This document shows positions 49,882-63,110 of a stretch of 64,000 nucleotides of DNA, piece by piece (positions within the stretch are counted from its first letter, which is position 1; each line of letters starts with the position of its first letter). The DNA comes from Hemiscyllium ocellatum (taxonomy: Eukaryota), in contig NC_083402.1 in assembly GCF_020745735.1 (NCBI RefSeq), positions 7,750,001-7,814,000 of the forward strand. The letters are read 5' to 3'. The position numbers and the translations under genes were made by a program. The notes beneath the pieces are model-generated. The model did not search any database. It was not told where the DNA came from and was given only the letters and a program-made list of their open reading frames with translations.

Positions 49882-51519
49882 CTGAGGAAGGACAAACATC
49901 AGAATGGATGAGGTCAGTGTCCAGAAGTTCCAGATTCAATTTTTTACATTTCTTTCAACTTCACAATGAACTGAGCAATTAAATACCCCACACATATTTC
50001 TCATGGGTCTGGACCAGGCAATTATAGTTTCCTGAAGGACGCACCGTGTTGAAAATCACTTACGCTCCATCCCCTCATTTTGAGTTTCTCATTCATGGGA
50101 TAGTTACAAATTAGTAAATGGATTGAACCCAATGACTTCATTCATTCTGGGCCCAGCATCCCTCCCACCTTCACTCAAACCTTTTGTTTTTCACTCCACA
50201 GCCTTATTCTCCAGTCTGTGCTCCTTCATTCTGTGAAGGGGGTGGTGCTGTGGTTAGGAATTAGACCCACCCTGTACCACCTTTATACATTAATAATCCT
50301 ATGAAAAAGGTAATCTCCCCCCATCTTCATCCTAATTTGAAATGAGTTTCAGATTCACCCACATCCTCTCAGCATCTACTCCCTCAGGACCCCTCAGGAT
50401 GTTGCAAGTTTCAATAAAGTCACTTCTCAATCTTCAGCAAGGAGCAGCCCCCATCTGAGTCTGAACCAATCAGAATGGGCAGATAACAACACTCTGACAT
50501 TCTCAGCCAATGGGAGGTAGGGAGGTGGCTCTTCACATATTCTCGGCCAATGAGACCTGAAGTTCACAATGTGCTCACTCAGTGAGGGATTGGAAGGTAC
50601 TTGCCCTGTCTTGTCCTCAGTCAATGCCAATCATTGAATTGACAACAAGAAGGAGGTCATTTTTTTCCATTGGGTCCTGGTTAGCTCCACATGGAACAAT
50701 CCAGGTGAGACCCACCCATCTGCTCGATTCCCCCAAGTTTTGCCAGTTCACTTCCTTCAAGGACCTATCAGGTTTAATTCTGAGACCAATGACTGTTCCA
50801 CATGCCCCTTCATTGATGTTGGTGACTGTCAGTCATCAGTACTCACTGTGTAAACATTTCTCTCTTACATTCTCTCTGGACCTCTGCCCCAAAATCTGAG
50901 GCCTGCATCCTTGTCCCAACAGCTAATGGGTAGACCTTTTACTTGTTTACTTACTCTTCGCCTGTCACTGTCTCAATCAAATCTCCCCTCAATCTCCTCA
51001 GCTCCAAGGAGAATGCCCCTTGCTTCTCAAAACGTATAAAGAAAACCAGTCTCCGATCCCCTCCCTGAAACATCCCAACCCCATCCCTGGAATAATTCAG
51101 GTCACTCTGCACCCTCTCAAGGACTTTCACATTCCTCTTAATGGGTGGTGACAGATATGGACACAATACCCTCATTGGGGCATAGTTGGAGAGTTAACAA
51201 TGTCCACAGTTGTTCAGTCCCTGAACTGCAAAGTCAGGAATGATGGGGCATTATTGTCATGTGATAGCAATTGTGAGGAGAGGGGCTTCGCGGAAACAGT
51301 GATGGGAGTTTGGAATGCACTCCCTTGGGAGGGTAATAGAGGCGGAAAACCTGTCAACATTTAAAAAGTATCTGGATGAGCAGTTGAACCATCATAATAT
51401 TCCTAGGAGGGAAAGCCATAGTGGCCAGGTCTCTGGCACTGAGCCTGGATCTGTGGCTCAGAAGGGAAGGGGGAGAATAGAAAAGCGCTAGTGGTAGGAG
51501 ACTCAATCATTGGAGGAAC

Positions 51520-52370
51520 AAATTTAGATTTGAATACAGGAGCTATGTTTAGTAAGTTTGCAGATGACAGCAAAATCGATGATGTCGTGAACAGCGAAGA
51601 AGGTTATCTCAGAGTACAACAGGACTTTGATCAGATGAGATGATGGGCTGAGGAATGGCAGATGGAGTTTAATTCAGATATTTGTGAGATGTTACATTTT
51701 AGTAGGACAAATCAGTGCAGGGCTTATACACTGAATGGTGGGGTCCTGGGGAGTGTTGCTGAACAAAGAGGTCTTGGAGTGAAGATTCATTGTTCTTTGA
51801 AAGTAGAGTCACAGGTAGACAGGATACTGAAGGGGGTGTTTGGTACACTTGCCTTTCTTGGTCAGTGCATTGAGTATAAGAGTTGGGGGGTCATGTTGTT
51901 ACTCAACAGATCACTGGTAAGGCCACTTTTGGAATATTGCATTCACCTCTGGTTTCCCTGCTATCGGAAAGGTTTTGTGAAATTAGAAATGGTTCAGGAA
52001 ATATATGGGAGGATGTTGCCAGGGTTGGAGTATTTTAATATAAGGAGAAGCTGAATAGGTTTGGGCTATTTTCTCTGGTGCATCAGAGGCTGAGGGCTGA
52101 GCTTTTAGAAGGGGCATGGAGAGGGTGATTCGTCAAGATCTTTTCCCCAGGGTATTGGAGTCCAAAACTAGAAGGCATAGATTTAATGGGAGAGGGGAAA
52201 GATTTGAAAAGGGACCTTTTACATGAAGAGGGTGATGCCTGTATGAATAGGAGGGTTTAGAAGGAAATGGACCAAATGTTGTCAAATGAGCCTGGATTAA
52301 TTAGAATATCTGGTTGCCGGGGACGGGTTGGGCTGGAGGGTCTGTTTCCATGCTGTACATATCTATACAG
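51520..52370 (+). mobile_element. CR1 RT/3' remnant
   Basis: FADD-like start; MEFNSDICEMLHF...RPLLEYCIHLW. Confidence 0.8.
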
Positions 52371-52440
52371 CTAATCACTATCACGAGAGAAAATCCGCGA
52401 AGGAAACTGATGGAGTTAAAGACCAATTAGTCCCCTGGAG

Positions 52441-52700
52441 TAAAAAATGAGGTCTGCAGATGCTGGAGATCACAGCTGAAAATGTGTTGCTGGTTAAAGC
52501 ACAGCAGGTCAGGCAGCATCCAAGGAACAGGAAACTCGACGTTTCGGGCATAAGTCCTTCATCAGGAATGAGGAGAGTGTGCCAGGCAGGCTAAGATAAA
52601 AGGTAGGGAGGAGGGACTTGGGGGAGGGGCGATGGAGATGTGATAGGTGGAAGGAGGTCAAGGTGAGGGTGATAGGCCGGAGTGGGGTGGGGGCGGAGAG
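52441..52700 (-). mobile_element. PLE 3' end with hammerhead-like core (52534-52568)
   Basis: Minus strand AUUC-CUGAUGA-A-GGAC-UUAU-GCCC-GAA-ACGUC-GAGU: 4-bp stem I, one stem II mismatch. Confidence 0.75.
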
Positions 52701-53344
52701 AAGTTATTAAAGGAAGTTATTGAAGAGACAATAAAAGCACATGTGTTCACCTTCCAAGAATCTTTGGAAAGTTCCCAGAGAATTGGAAATCTCCCAAAGT
52801 AACACTCTTGTTTTCAAAGGAAAGGAAACAGAAAACAAAGTTACCCAATGTGTCCATCACTTGGAGTTCTGAAGCAATGTGTTCTCACTGGGGATAGCGG
52901 ATGTTTCCTTTCAAGGTGGCAGGAAAAAAGAAGGGACTGCATCAGGCAGCAGGCTGGATATAGTTTACTGACACATTGCTACAAGGTTTCCATCAACTAC
53001 AGTAACAAGCATCTGGTTAGATTTCTGAAGGTCACTGTGTGGATAGCTGAGTACAATACATGATGGAATGCCCTGCAAATTGGCAGGAGAGTGAGAATTG
53101 GGGGCGGAATTTGAGATAAAAACATCAGCAAAAATGAAAGTGAAAAAATGGGGATGCAGAAAATTGGAAATAAAAGGAAGGTGCTGGAGAAACTCAGCAG
53201 GTCCGGCATCCTGTGTGGTGACAGAAACAGAGTTAACATTTCAGGCCAATAACTTTCCATCAGTGAGGAAAGCACAGATATGTTGCTCCAAGTGTTGTGT
53301 TTGAAGCAAATTAAGTATTTCCATGGCATAGTCCTGGCAATCTC

Positions 53345-53690
53345 ATCGGGGAAATAGGCAAGGCCTTTTTCCTGGTGTGGGAAAGTGTAGAACTAGAGGG
53401 CATAAGTTTAGGGTGAGAGGGGAAACATTTAAAAGGGACCTAAGGGGCAACTTTTTCATGCTGAAGGTGGTGCATGTATGGAATGTGATGCTAGAGAAAG
53501 TGGTGGAGTCAGCTACAATTACAAAATTTAAAAGGCATCTGGATAGGTATATGAATAGGAAGGGTTTAGAGAGACATGGCCCAAACACTGGCAAAAGGGA
53601 CGAGATTAATTTAGGAAATCTGGTCAGCATGGATGAGTTGGACCGAAGGGTCTGTTTTCGTGCTGTACATCTCTATGATTCTGTAGACCA
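53345..53690 (+). mobile_element. CR1 3' end
   Basis: TRGHKFRVRG...TKFKRHLD plus 3' UTR. Confidence 0.85.
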
Positions 53691-53773
53691 ATTCATCAAT
53701 GTCTGTTATTGGGAAAATGTGAGATCAAAATTAAGATGTCTTGGCAGAACGTTTAGAAATGTATAATATGATC

Positions 53774-53892
53774 AGGCTTATGCCCGAAACGTCGAATTTC
53801 CTGTTCCTTGGATGCTGCCTAACCTGCTGTGCTTTAACCAGCAACACATTTTCAGCTGTGATCTCCAGCATCTGCAGACCTCATTTTTTACC
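53774..53892 (+). mobile_element. PLE terminal repeat, inverted relative to 52441-52555
   Basis: gcttatgcccgaaacgtcga...ctgcagacctcatttttta. Confidence 0.8.
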
Positions 53893-54250
53893 CTATGATC
53901 AAGCAGAGTCAACATGACTTTATAAAGAGGAAATTATCTTGAATTCTTTGAGGTGGTTACAAGTTGGATAGATAAAGGGGAATTGGTGGATGTTTCATAT
54001 GTTTTTGGAAGCTCTTTCAGAAGGTGCAACTTTAATGCGATTAGATTCTATGGTGCTGGTGGTAGTGTACAATCATGGATAGAGAATTGACCAACTGATA
54101 GAAAACAGAGAGTTGGGATAAGGCGGGAGTGATATCCAGCCAGCAAACTGTAATTAGTGGTGTATCACAGGATCTGAGCTGGGGCCCATTTATTATAATA
54201 AACATTAATGATTTGGATGAGGTCAGTGAATGTACTGTAGCCAAGTTTTT

Positions 54251-54561
54251 TTAGATTAGACTTACAGTGTGGAAACAGGCCCTTCGGCCCAACAAGTCCA
54301 CACCGACCCGCCGAAGCGCAACCCACCCATACCCCTACATTTACCCCTTACCTAACACTATGGGCAATTTAGCTTGGCCAATTCACCTGACCCGCACATC
54401 TTTGTGACTGTGGGAGGAAACCGGAGCACCCGGAGGAAACCCACGCAGACACGGGGAGAACGTGCAAACTCCACACAGTCAGTCGCCTGAGGCGGGAATT
54501 GAACCCGGGTCCACAGGCGCTGTGAGGCAGCAGTGCTAACCACTGTGCCACCGTGCCGCCC
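54251..54561 (-). mobile_element. HE1-type SINE nested in a CR1 remnant (53895-55460)
   Basis: Full head and tail; CR1 RT sequence continues on both sides. Confidence 0.92.
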
Positions 54562-55913
54562 ATAAATGCATTACGTTGTTTGCTGATGACAACAACGTAA
54601 ATGAGAAGGCAAGTGATGAGGATGAAATACAGAAGCTGCAGAGATGTCGAAAGGTTAAATAAGTGGGAAAAACTTGGCCGTTGGAATATGATATGGAAAA
54701 TGTAAGGTTATACATTTGGCAGAAAGAATAGAGAGGCTGAATATTAGTGAAACAGAGAAAGCCTGCAGAAAGTTCCAGAACAGAAGAATATGGAAGTTTC
54801 ACAAAAACATTCAGCAGAGAGTATGGAATGTCAATGGAATGCTGACCTTTATTTCAAATGGAATAGAATTTTAAAGTGGGGAGGTTTTACCAGACACTAG
54901 TTAGTTCACAGCTGGAATATTGTGGATAGGTTTGGTCCCTTATCAAAGGAAAGTGAAACTGGCATTGGGGGCAGTCCAGAGAAGATTCAATTAATTGATG
55001 CCAGTTCGAGAGGGGCTGTCTTATGGGCAGCATTTGACAAGATTGAGCCTGTGCTTGATGGATTACAGAAGAATGACAAGTGACCAAATTGAGACATTAT
55101 AGATGCTTCGGGTGCTTGATAAGGTGGATGCAGTGTGGTTGTCCCCCTTGTCAGGAACAGAGGGCATCAGCTCAGAATGAGGGGTTACACATTTCAGATG
55201 AGAGGGATTTCTTCTCTAAGAGGATCGTGAATCTCTGGATTCCTTTACCACAGACAGCAGTAAATGCTGGGTCATTAAGTATAGCCAAGGCTGAGATAGA
55301 CAAATTTTTAATCATTCACGGAATCAGGGATTGTGAAGATAAAGCAAGAATGGGGAATTGACGTTTAACATCTCAGTCATGATCTCATTGATTGTGGCAC
55401 AGACTCAATGGGCTGAATGGCCTTCCTCTGTTCCTATATCTTATGGGCTACCTGCCTCAGTTCTCAACACCTCCATTTCTGAAACCTGTAAATCCCATTT
55501 GCTTTTCCATCCACATTCTCAACATGTCCTGACATCTTCAAAAACCGATGCACTCTGACCCCCGACTTCCTGTATCCAGATCCATCCTTGAGATCCCTGT
55601 CATTGACTCCATATTGCCCATAGGGAACATGGAACCAGGTGGATCTTGGAGCTTGCATCCTTGGTGATGTTTTCTCCGGTCCCTACCTCAGAACACTGAA
55701 GCCAGTTTGAACACACCAAATTAGGGAGTTGATGGGAGACTGTGGGAAGTTTCAGACACAGTGATGGTCCATAAATCCCAGCCTTATCTCTCCCTCTCTC
55801 CTTCTCACTGTCTCCGGCCTGAGACCAACTGAAAGAGCCCAAGAGCAGGAGCCAACCCGAGAGCTCCCATTGAGCTATCGGGGCAGTGACACCACCCAAA
55901 CATTGTTCCTTAC

Positions 55914-58060
55914 CTTCAACTTCCACCTTTTTTGGAGATGGTGTTTGAAAACTATCAATATTGAGCTCCACATGACACCAATAGGGACTAGCATCCTCCT
56001 GGCTCAGTCCCTCCATCATTACTGAGACATCTTTGTTGGTGAGTCTCCCCATGAATTTGAATCAATTCCCATCGTCCCGCTGTATGGCATTCTCACACAG
56101 CTCACCCTGGGAATGGTCTGGACCAGGATATGTACAGTTAAAGATAAAAGCCCGTGTTTCCTCCTTGTACCATAAGATGGAGCCGGTGAGTGTGAGGTGA
56201 GTGTCAGGGTGGGTGAAGCTGCAGGGTAAGACAGCGGAGCCTCCTTCCTCAGTCCTCACTCCATCCACGATTGTCATTGACCAATCAAGGGCCAACCAAG
56301 GATAGTAGTGGGAAGTTGTGTGTGGGGTCAGAGGAGACAGGGGAAGCACTAAATGAATATTTTTCAACAGTATTCACTCTAGAAAACGACAATGTTGTCA
56401 AGGAGAATATTGAGATACAGGCTACTAGACTAGGTGGATTGAGGTTCCCAAGGAAGAGGGATTAGAAACCCTGCAAAGTATGAAAACAGATAAGTCCCCT
56501 GGGCTGGATGGGATTTATCCTAAAATCCTCTGGGAAGCCAGGGAGGAGATTGCCGAGCCTTTGACATTGATCTTTAAATCGTCATTGTCTACAGGAACAG
56601 TGCCAGAAGACTGGAGGATAGCAAATATGGTTCCCCTGTTCAAGAAGGGGAATAGAGACAACCCTGGTAATTATAGACCAGTGAGCCTGACTTCAGTTGT
56701 TGGTAAAGTGTTGGAAAAGGTTATAAGAGATAGGATTTATATCATCTAGAAAAGAATAATTTGATTAGGGATAGTCAGCATGGTTTTGTGAAGGGTAGGT
56801 CGTGCCTCACAAACCTTATTGAGTTCTTTGAGAAGGTGACCAAACAGGTAGATGAGAGGAAACCGGTTGATGTGGTGTATATGGATTTCAGCAAAGCATT
56901 CGATAAAGTTCACCACAGTAGCCTTGTACAAAATGTGGAGGAATGGGATTGTGGGAGATAAAGCTGTTTGGATCCGTAATGGGCTTGCTGAAAGAAGACA
57001 GAAGGTAGTGGTTGATGGGAAATGTTCATCCTGGAGTCCAGTTACTAGTGGTGTACCGCAAGGGTCAGTGTTGGGTCCACTCCTGTTTGTCATTTTTACA
57101 AATGACCTGGATGAGTGCATAGAAGGGTGAGTTAGTAAATTCACAAATGACACTAAGGTCGGTGGAGTTGTGGGTAGTGACGAAGGATGTTGTAGATTAC
57201 AGAGAGACAAAAATAAGCTGCAGAGCTGGGCTGAGAGGTGGCAAATGGAGTTTAATGCGGACAAGTGTGAGGTGATTCACTTTGGTCGGAGTAACCGGAA
57301 GGCAAAGTACTGGGCTAATGGTAAGATTCTTGATAGTGTAGATGAGCAGAGAGATCTCAGTGTCCATGTACACAGATTCTTGAAAGTTGCCACCCTGCGT
57401 TGACAGGTTATTCAGAAGGCATGCAATGTTTTTGCTTTTATTAATAGAGCTATCAATTTCCGGAACTATGAGGTTATGCTACAGCTGTACAAAATTCTGG
57501 TGTGGCCGCACTTGGAGTATTGTGTACAATTTTGGTCACCACATTATAAGAAGGATGTGGAAGGTTTGGAAAGGGTGCAGAGGAGATTTACATGGATGTT
57601 GCCTGGTATGGAGGGAAGGTCTTACGAGGAAAGGCTGAGGGACTTGAGGCTGTTTTTGTTGGAGAGAAGAAGGTTGAGAGGTGACTTAATAGAGACATAT
57701 AAGATCAACAGAGGGTTAGATAGGGTGGACAGGGAGAGCCTTTTTCCAAGTATGGGGACGGCGAGCACGAGGGGGCATAGCTTTAAATTGAGGGGTGATA
57801 GATATAGGACAGATTTCAGAGGTAGTTTCTTTACTCAGAGAGTAGTAAGGGTATGAAATACTTTGCTTGCAACAGTCGTAGATTCACCAACTTTAAGTGC
57901 ATTTAAGTCGTCATTGGACAAGCATATGGACGTACATGGAATAGTGTAGGTTAGATGGGCTTCAGATTGGCATGACTGGTCGGTGCAATATCGAGGGCTG
58001 AAGGACCTGTACTGTGCTGTAATGTTCTATGTTCTATGTTCTAACCCTTAGCAGAAACTG
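55914..58060 (-). pseudogene. Ig V-set exon V3, most Siglec-15-like; split by a CR1 and with an in-frame stop
   Basis: 58060-58043 joined to 56291-55914 reads AVSAKGSLDWSMTIVDGVRTEEGGSAVLPCSFTHP...LW...FNC...GELC...GN*FKFMGRLTNKDVSV...DASPYWCHVE...VEVE. Acceptor tctttcccctcacAG, donor G|GTAAGG, TGA at 56064-56062. Confidence 0.88.
56292..58042 (+). mobile_element. 5'-truncated CR1 inserted into V exon V3
   Basis: Linker-RT fragments (ORFs 56480-57856) and (atgttct)n tail. Confidence 0.92.
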
Positions 58061-58539
58061 CTGTGAGGGGAAAGACTGGGAGAGAGAGGATATGAACACA
58101 GCACTGGGACAGATATCAGTGTGTGGGACTGAAACTTGGAGACTCTATTCTGAGTGTGTTATTTAGTGAGAACAGGTTTCGCAGCTATAATGAGAGGGAG
58201 TGAACAATTAGTAATGTAAATTCATGAGCAATCCAATACACTGGGGACAGAGTTTCAGTTCCCACCATGGCAGCTGCTGGAAATTCAATTCAGTGATTAC
58301 ATCAGGAATTAAACACCAAGCCAATGGGAATCATGAAACCATGATCAATTGTTGGAAAAAATCCATCTGGTTCACTGATGTTCTTTAGAGAAGGGAAATA
58401 CCGTCCTTACACAGTCTGACCTGCATGTGACTCCAGTCCCACAGCAACAGATTCAACTCTGAAACTCCCACATCAATGGCAAAGGGAGACTCTGAGCTGG
58501 ACAAAACCAGCACAAAATGTGAAAGGAAAGTAATAGGTA

Positions 58540-59380
58540 TGTGCAGCATAGAATCAGACCCTTCAGTCCAACTTGTCCATGCCCAACAGATATCCTGAAT
58601 ATCTTTTCTGAACCCTTTTGAGTTTCACAGCATCTTTCCTACAGCAGGGAGGCCAGAAATGAATGCAGTATTCCAAAAGTGGTCCAACCAGCATCCTGTA
58701 CAGGCATGACAAGACCTCCTCATTCCTATACTCAGTGCCTTCAACAATAAAGGTGAGTTTACCAAGTGCTTCCTTCATTAACCAGGCTACCCTTTGACTC
58801 TACTTTCAAAGAACAATGAACCTGCACTCCAAGGTCTCTTTGTTTGGTAACACTCCCCAGTACCTTACCAGGAAGTGTATAAGTCCTGCCCTGATTTGCC
58901 TTACCAAAATGCAACACCTCAAATTTATCTAAGTTAAACTCCATCTACCACTCCTCAGCCCATTGGCCCATCTGATCAAAGTCCCGTTGTCCTCTGTGAT
59001 AATCTTCTTTGCTGTCAACGACACCTCCAATTTTGGTGTCATCTGGAAACTTACTGACCATTTCTCTGATATTCACATCCGAGCCATTTATATAAATGAC
59101 AAGAAGCAGTGGATCCAGCACCGATCCTTGCAGCACACCGCTGGGTACAGGCCTCCAGTCTAAAAAGCAATCCTGCGCCACCACACTCTGTGTCCTATCT
59201 TCAAGCCAGCTATGTATCTAAATGGCTAGTTCCCCCTGTATTCCATGTGATCTAACCTTGTTAACCAGTCTATCATGCAGAACCCTGTCAAATATCTTGC
59301 TGAAGTCCATTTAGGCCATGTCCACCACTCTCCATTCATCAATCATCTTCATCACTCCTTCTCTCTGTAGGCTCTAGATT
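58540..59380 (-). mobile_element. CR1 RT remnant
   Basis: SGVLQGSVLDPLL...SKFPDDTKIGG and GPLLEYCIHFW on the minus strand. Confidence 0.85.
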
Positions 59381-59479
59381 ATTTACACTTTCAGACACTC
59401 CAGGAATGTATATCTTTATAACAGCACAGTTCAACCAATCAGACAGCAATTGCTGAGCAGAATTTTCTTAACTCGAAAC

Positions 59480-60420
59480 ATTATCATGAAGTCCGATGGC
59501 ATCAGGTCAAACATGAGCAAGGGAATCTCCGGATGACTACCCACTGCCACAATCCCCCCACTCCCAGGCTTCTGATCATGTTTATCAACACTTGGAGGAA
59601 GCACTGAGGTCAACACTGGCACAGAATGTACTCTGGGTGGGAGACGTCACTGTCCAACACCAAGACAGACTCAGCAGCTTTACTACTGCCTGAGCTGGTA
59701 GAATCTGAAATGATATAGCCCTTGGACTGGGTCTGTGGCGGCTAGTGAGGGAACCAACAAGAGAGAAAAGCTTGACCTTATCCTCAGTCGTCTATCTGCC
59801 TATTATATGATTGGGAGGAGTAACTATCACACAGTCCTGTGGAGACAAAGTCCCATCTTCACATTGAGGTACATCCCCATCATGCATGGCACTAGCCCTT
59901 TGTTAAATGGGACAGACTTTGAACAGATCAATCAAGTCAAGACTGGGATCCCTGAGACAATGTGGGCCATCAGTACAGCAGAGTGAGCTGTAACACAATC
60001 TGTAAGCTCATGGCATGTAATTCTCCCCCACTCAGCCATTAACATCAAGTCAGAACATCAATTCTGATTCAATGAACAATGCAGGAGGTGATGCCAGGAA
60101 CATCACCAGCAAACCTGAAAATGAGATATCAGCTATAAAACTACTTCTGTGTCAAACAGCATAAACCACAATTGATGCTCTGGGAGAAGTGATTCCACTG
60201 TCAGTGCATCAGATATAAGCTCAGCAGACCTGTCACATGCAGTTATGAATGGGTGAGGACAATTAAGCAACTAACAGGAATATGAGTCTCCACAAATATC
60301 CCCATCCTCAATGAGGGGGGCCCTGCTCATCAGTGCAAATGATAGGGCTGAAGTATTCCCAACTAACTTGACCCAGAAGATGCCCCCAGCATCATAGATG
60401 ATTCCTTACCCAGCCAGCAA
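59480..60420 (+). mobile_element. APE-endonuclease remnant of a second non-LTR family
   Basis: LEEALRSTLAQNVLWVGD and EKLDLILS-like peptides. Confidence 0.6.
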
Positions 60421-61990
60421 ATATAATTCAGTGGGTCAGCATTCACGTGTAGATAGGGCTAGGGACAGAAATCATGGGACCTAGTGCTGTTCCTCACACA
60501 GCCCCTGACCCAACCTCCAGGACCTACACTCGCTTCCACTGACCTGACACAGTGAACACCCTTCTTCAATCCTGATGTACTGTCCACCCCTGTCCTGGAG
60601 ACCTGACCAAGTAAGGATGGCAGAGACAAAAACAGAAATTGTGGGAAAAACTCAGCAGGTATGGTGACATCTGTGGAGAGAAAGTAGAGTTAATGTTTTG
60701 GGTCCAGTGTCACTTCTTCAGAAATAAAATGATCAAAAACCGTGGACTGAGAGGAGTGTGGGTCTTGCAGCTGCTCCTGAGATTCAGAATTATTTCCAAA
60801 TTTACTTTCAGATTCCTTACATTTATTAAATTTCAGTAAGAAAAGCTTTTTATTTGGTTCATTTTTAGCTCTTTTATCATCAAAAATGCAAAAGAAGCAA
60901 AAAAAACTGACACAATTTTTTATGAAATGGAGTTTTATCAATGGAAGTTTTGGACAGGCCCACATGTGGACTGTTCAGTCTTTTTCCACTATGAAATTAT
61001 GAGAGGGATGTTTTTAAACTCACTGAAGCATTTTTTTTTAATTGTTGAGGAATGTTTTGTTTCAAGTCAAGTTGTGTTCACACACCTCTTGGACAGACTG
61101 ACACGTGGGATTTTATTTTTAATCAGAACATTGATAGCTGTTCTAAATATAATACCTAAAATTGCAACATTTAAGAGGCATTTGGATGGGTATATGAATA
61201 GGAAGGGTTTGGAGGGATATGGGCCAGGTGCTGGCAGGTTGAACGAGATTGGGTTGGGATATCTGGTCGGCATGGACAGGTTGGACCGAAGGGTCTGTTT
61301 CCATGCTGTACATCTCTATGACTCCATGCCTCTAAGGGGCAGTTTTTATTTTACACAAAGAGTGGTTCATGTGGAATGAACTTCCAGAGGAAATGGTGGA
61401 TGTGGGGATAGTTGCAACATTTAAAAGGCATTTCGATAATTTCATGAAAAAGAAATGTTTTGAGGGATATGGGCCAAGCGCAGGCAAGTGGGATTGTGTT
61501 CAGTGTGGACTAGTTGAACTGAAGGGTCTGCTCCTGTGCTGTATGACTCTATAACTGATTATAGCTGGGGAAAGGTTGGTATAGATGCTAAGATGGGGAG
61601 GTGGGTGAGGGGGCAGGAGTAAACACTCAGAGGAAACAGACCCCAGCCAGAGAGAAAAGCAATTGGACAGACAAACGAAAGGGGAAAGGTCAGCTTGGGA
61701 GAATGAACAGCTGCTGATGGGGACCATTTGTCACTGACAATGGATTGTTTTGGTAGTAGCCCATGTGATGACAAGGCCTGGTGTGTGGGGGTTGGGGGAA
61801 GGAGATAGGAGAAGGCGCTGAGGCCCTCAAATTATTCACCTCAATATTGAGTCCAGAAAGTCACTGGGTCCCCAAAAAGTGGTGTGTGGAAATGGCAGGC
61901 AACTGGATGCTGAGGATCATTTTTGTGGGCAGAACATTTCTGTTCTGCAAAATATTCACCCAGTCTGTGTTTTGTTTTCCCAATACAGAG

Positions 61991-62052
61991 TTAGAAGTGG
62001 ACTGTGCAGAGTTGGTGGATAATGAACAGCCCTGAGCCTGCGTGAGGTGGTG
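61991..62052 (-). CDS. Candidate short exon after V2: (A)PPHAGSGLFIIHQLCTVHF*
   Basis: ccctctctctccatcAG acceptor resembling that of 48163-48215; open in phase 1 to TAA; no clear donor. Confidence 0.3.
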
Positions 62053-62175
62053 CTGATGGAGAGAGAGGGCTCAATATTGTGCATATGGCAACACATGACA
62101 CTGAGTGTGAATGGCAGATTTCATTCTCTAAATCAAGTCGCCATATTATTACCAGACCATGGGCGGCTTTCTCTT

Positions 62176-62209
<34 letters not shown>

Positions 62210-63110
62210 CACACACACACACACAAAACTGGTGGTGGTTTAACCTGAGGGTCACCACACCTCAGTGAGGAGAGAGTTGAGAAGGAGGGTGCTTCATGGT
62301 CACCTGAGCCAATGTGGGTATTGAACCCACACTATTGGCATCACACTGCTTTGCAGACCGACCATCCAGCTAACTTAACCTAAAGTGTATGATTGAATCA
62401 GATCGGCTTTTCCAAATCTCAACAATGGGCACATGTAACTATTAGGTTAGCTTTTTTTTTAAAAATAAAATTCACCTTCTGCTGTGGTGGGATTTGAACC
62501 CATGACCCCAAGATTGGGTGTCTGGATTAGTCACCCAGTGATAGTAACAGTAACAGTACACCACCAGCTCCTGTTATAATCCATGAGTGAATGCAGGGCT
62601 AGGATAGGTCCCACGTGGCTGTGATGCCTCACACAGTCAGATGGACACTGGGGGAATGTACTTGCACTGATAGAACTATTCCCAATGAAGGTTGGAACCA
62701 AGAGGGACACATTAATCTGTAGCACCTTCCTGTTCAAGGAGATGATCTTAATGTCAGTATAACTTTGGGTCATTTGGAGATTGAACTAAATATTCTGAAT
62801 GTGTCAATGTCTTTCAATACTGACATCAGAGTGCACCTAAAAATATCAGCACAGCATAGTACATTAAATATTGAAAAAAATTAAGTTTGAAACCAAAAGC
62901 TAAAATACTACAGATGCTGGACATTTTAAATGAACATCAAAATGCTGCAAACACTCAGCAGGGCAGACAATACCGATGGAGAGAAACAGGGTTAATGTTT
63001 TAGTTCCATGTCCTTTCACCAGAAAATCAAATCACAAAACATTCACAGAATCTGTTCCACTCTCACTGTGCACCTTCTACAGGCTGAAGAATGTGTGAAC
63101 GGTTTCTTAC

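Noticed and set aside
50062-50100. Strong GTAAGT donor upstream of V1 as the leader exon
   Set aside because: No hydrophobic signal peptide in any frame with the required phase; leader exons remain unidentified.
56062-56064. In-frame TGA in V3 as selenocysteine or readthrough
   Set aside because: It aligns to Arg in the paralogs (GNRY), consistent with CGA>TGA decay; the exon is also CR1-disrupted and no SECIS was seen.
63064-63070. CACAGTG heptamer just 3' of V2 as a V(D)J recombination signal
   Set aside because: It is ~40 nt inside the intron, has no ACAAAAACC-like nonamer at 12 or 23 bp, and V2 is a complete exon with its own G strand and donor.
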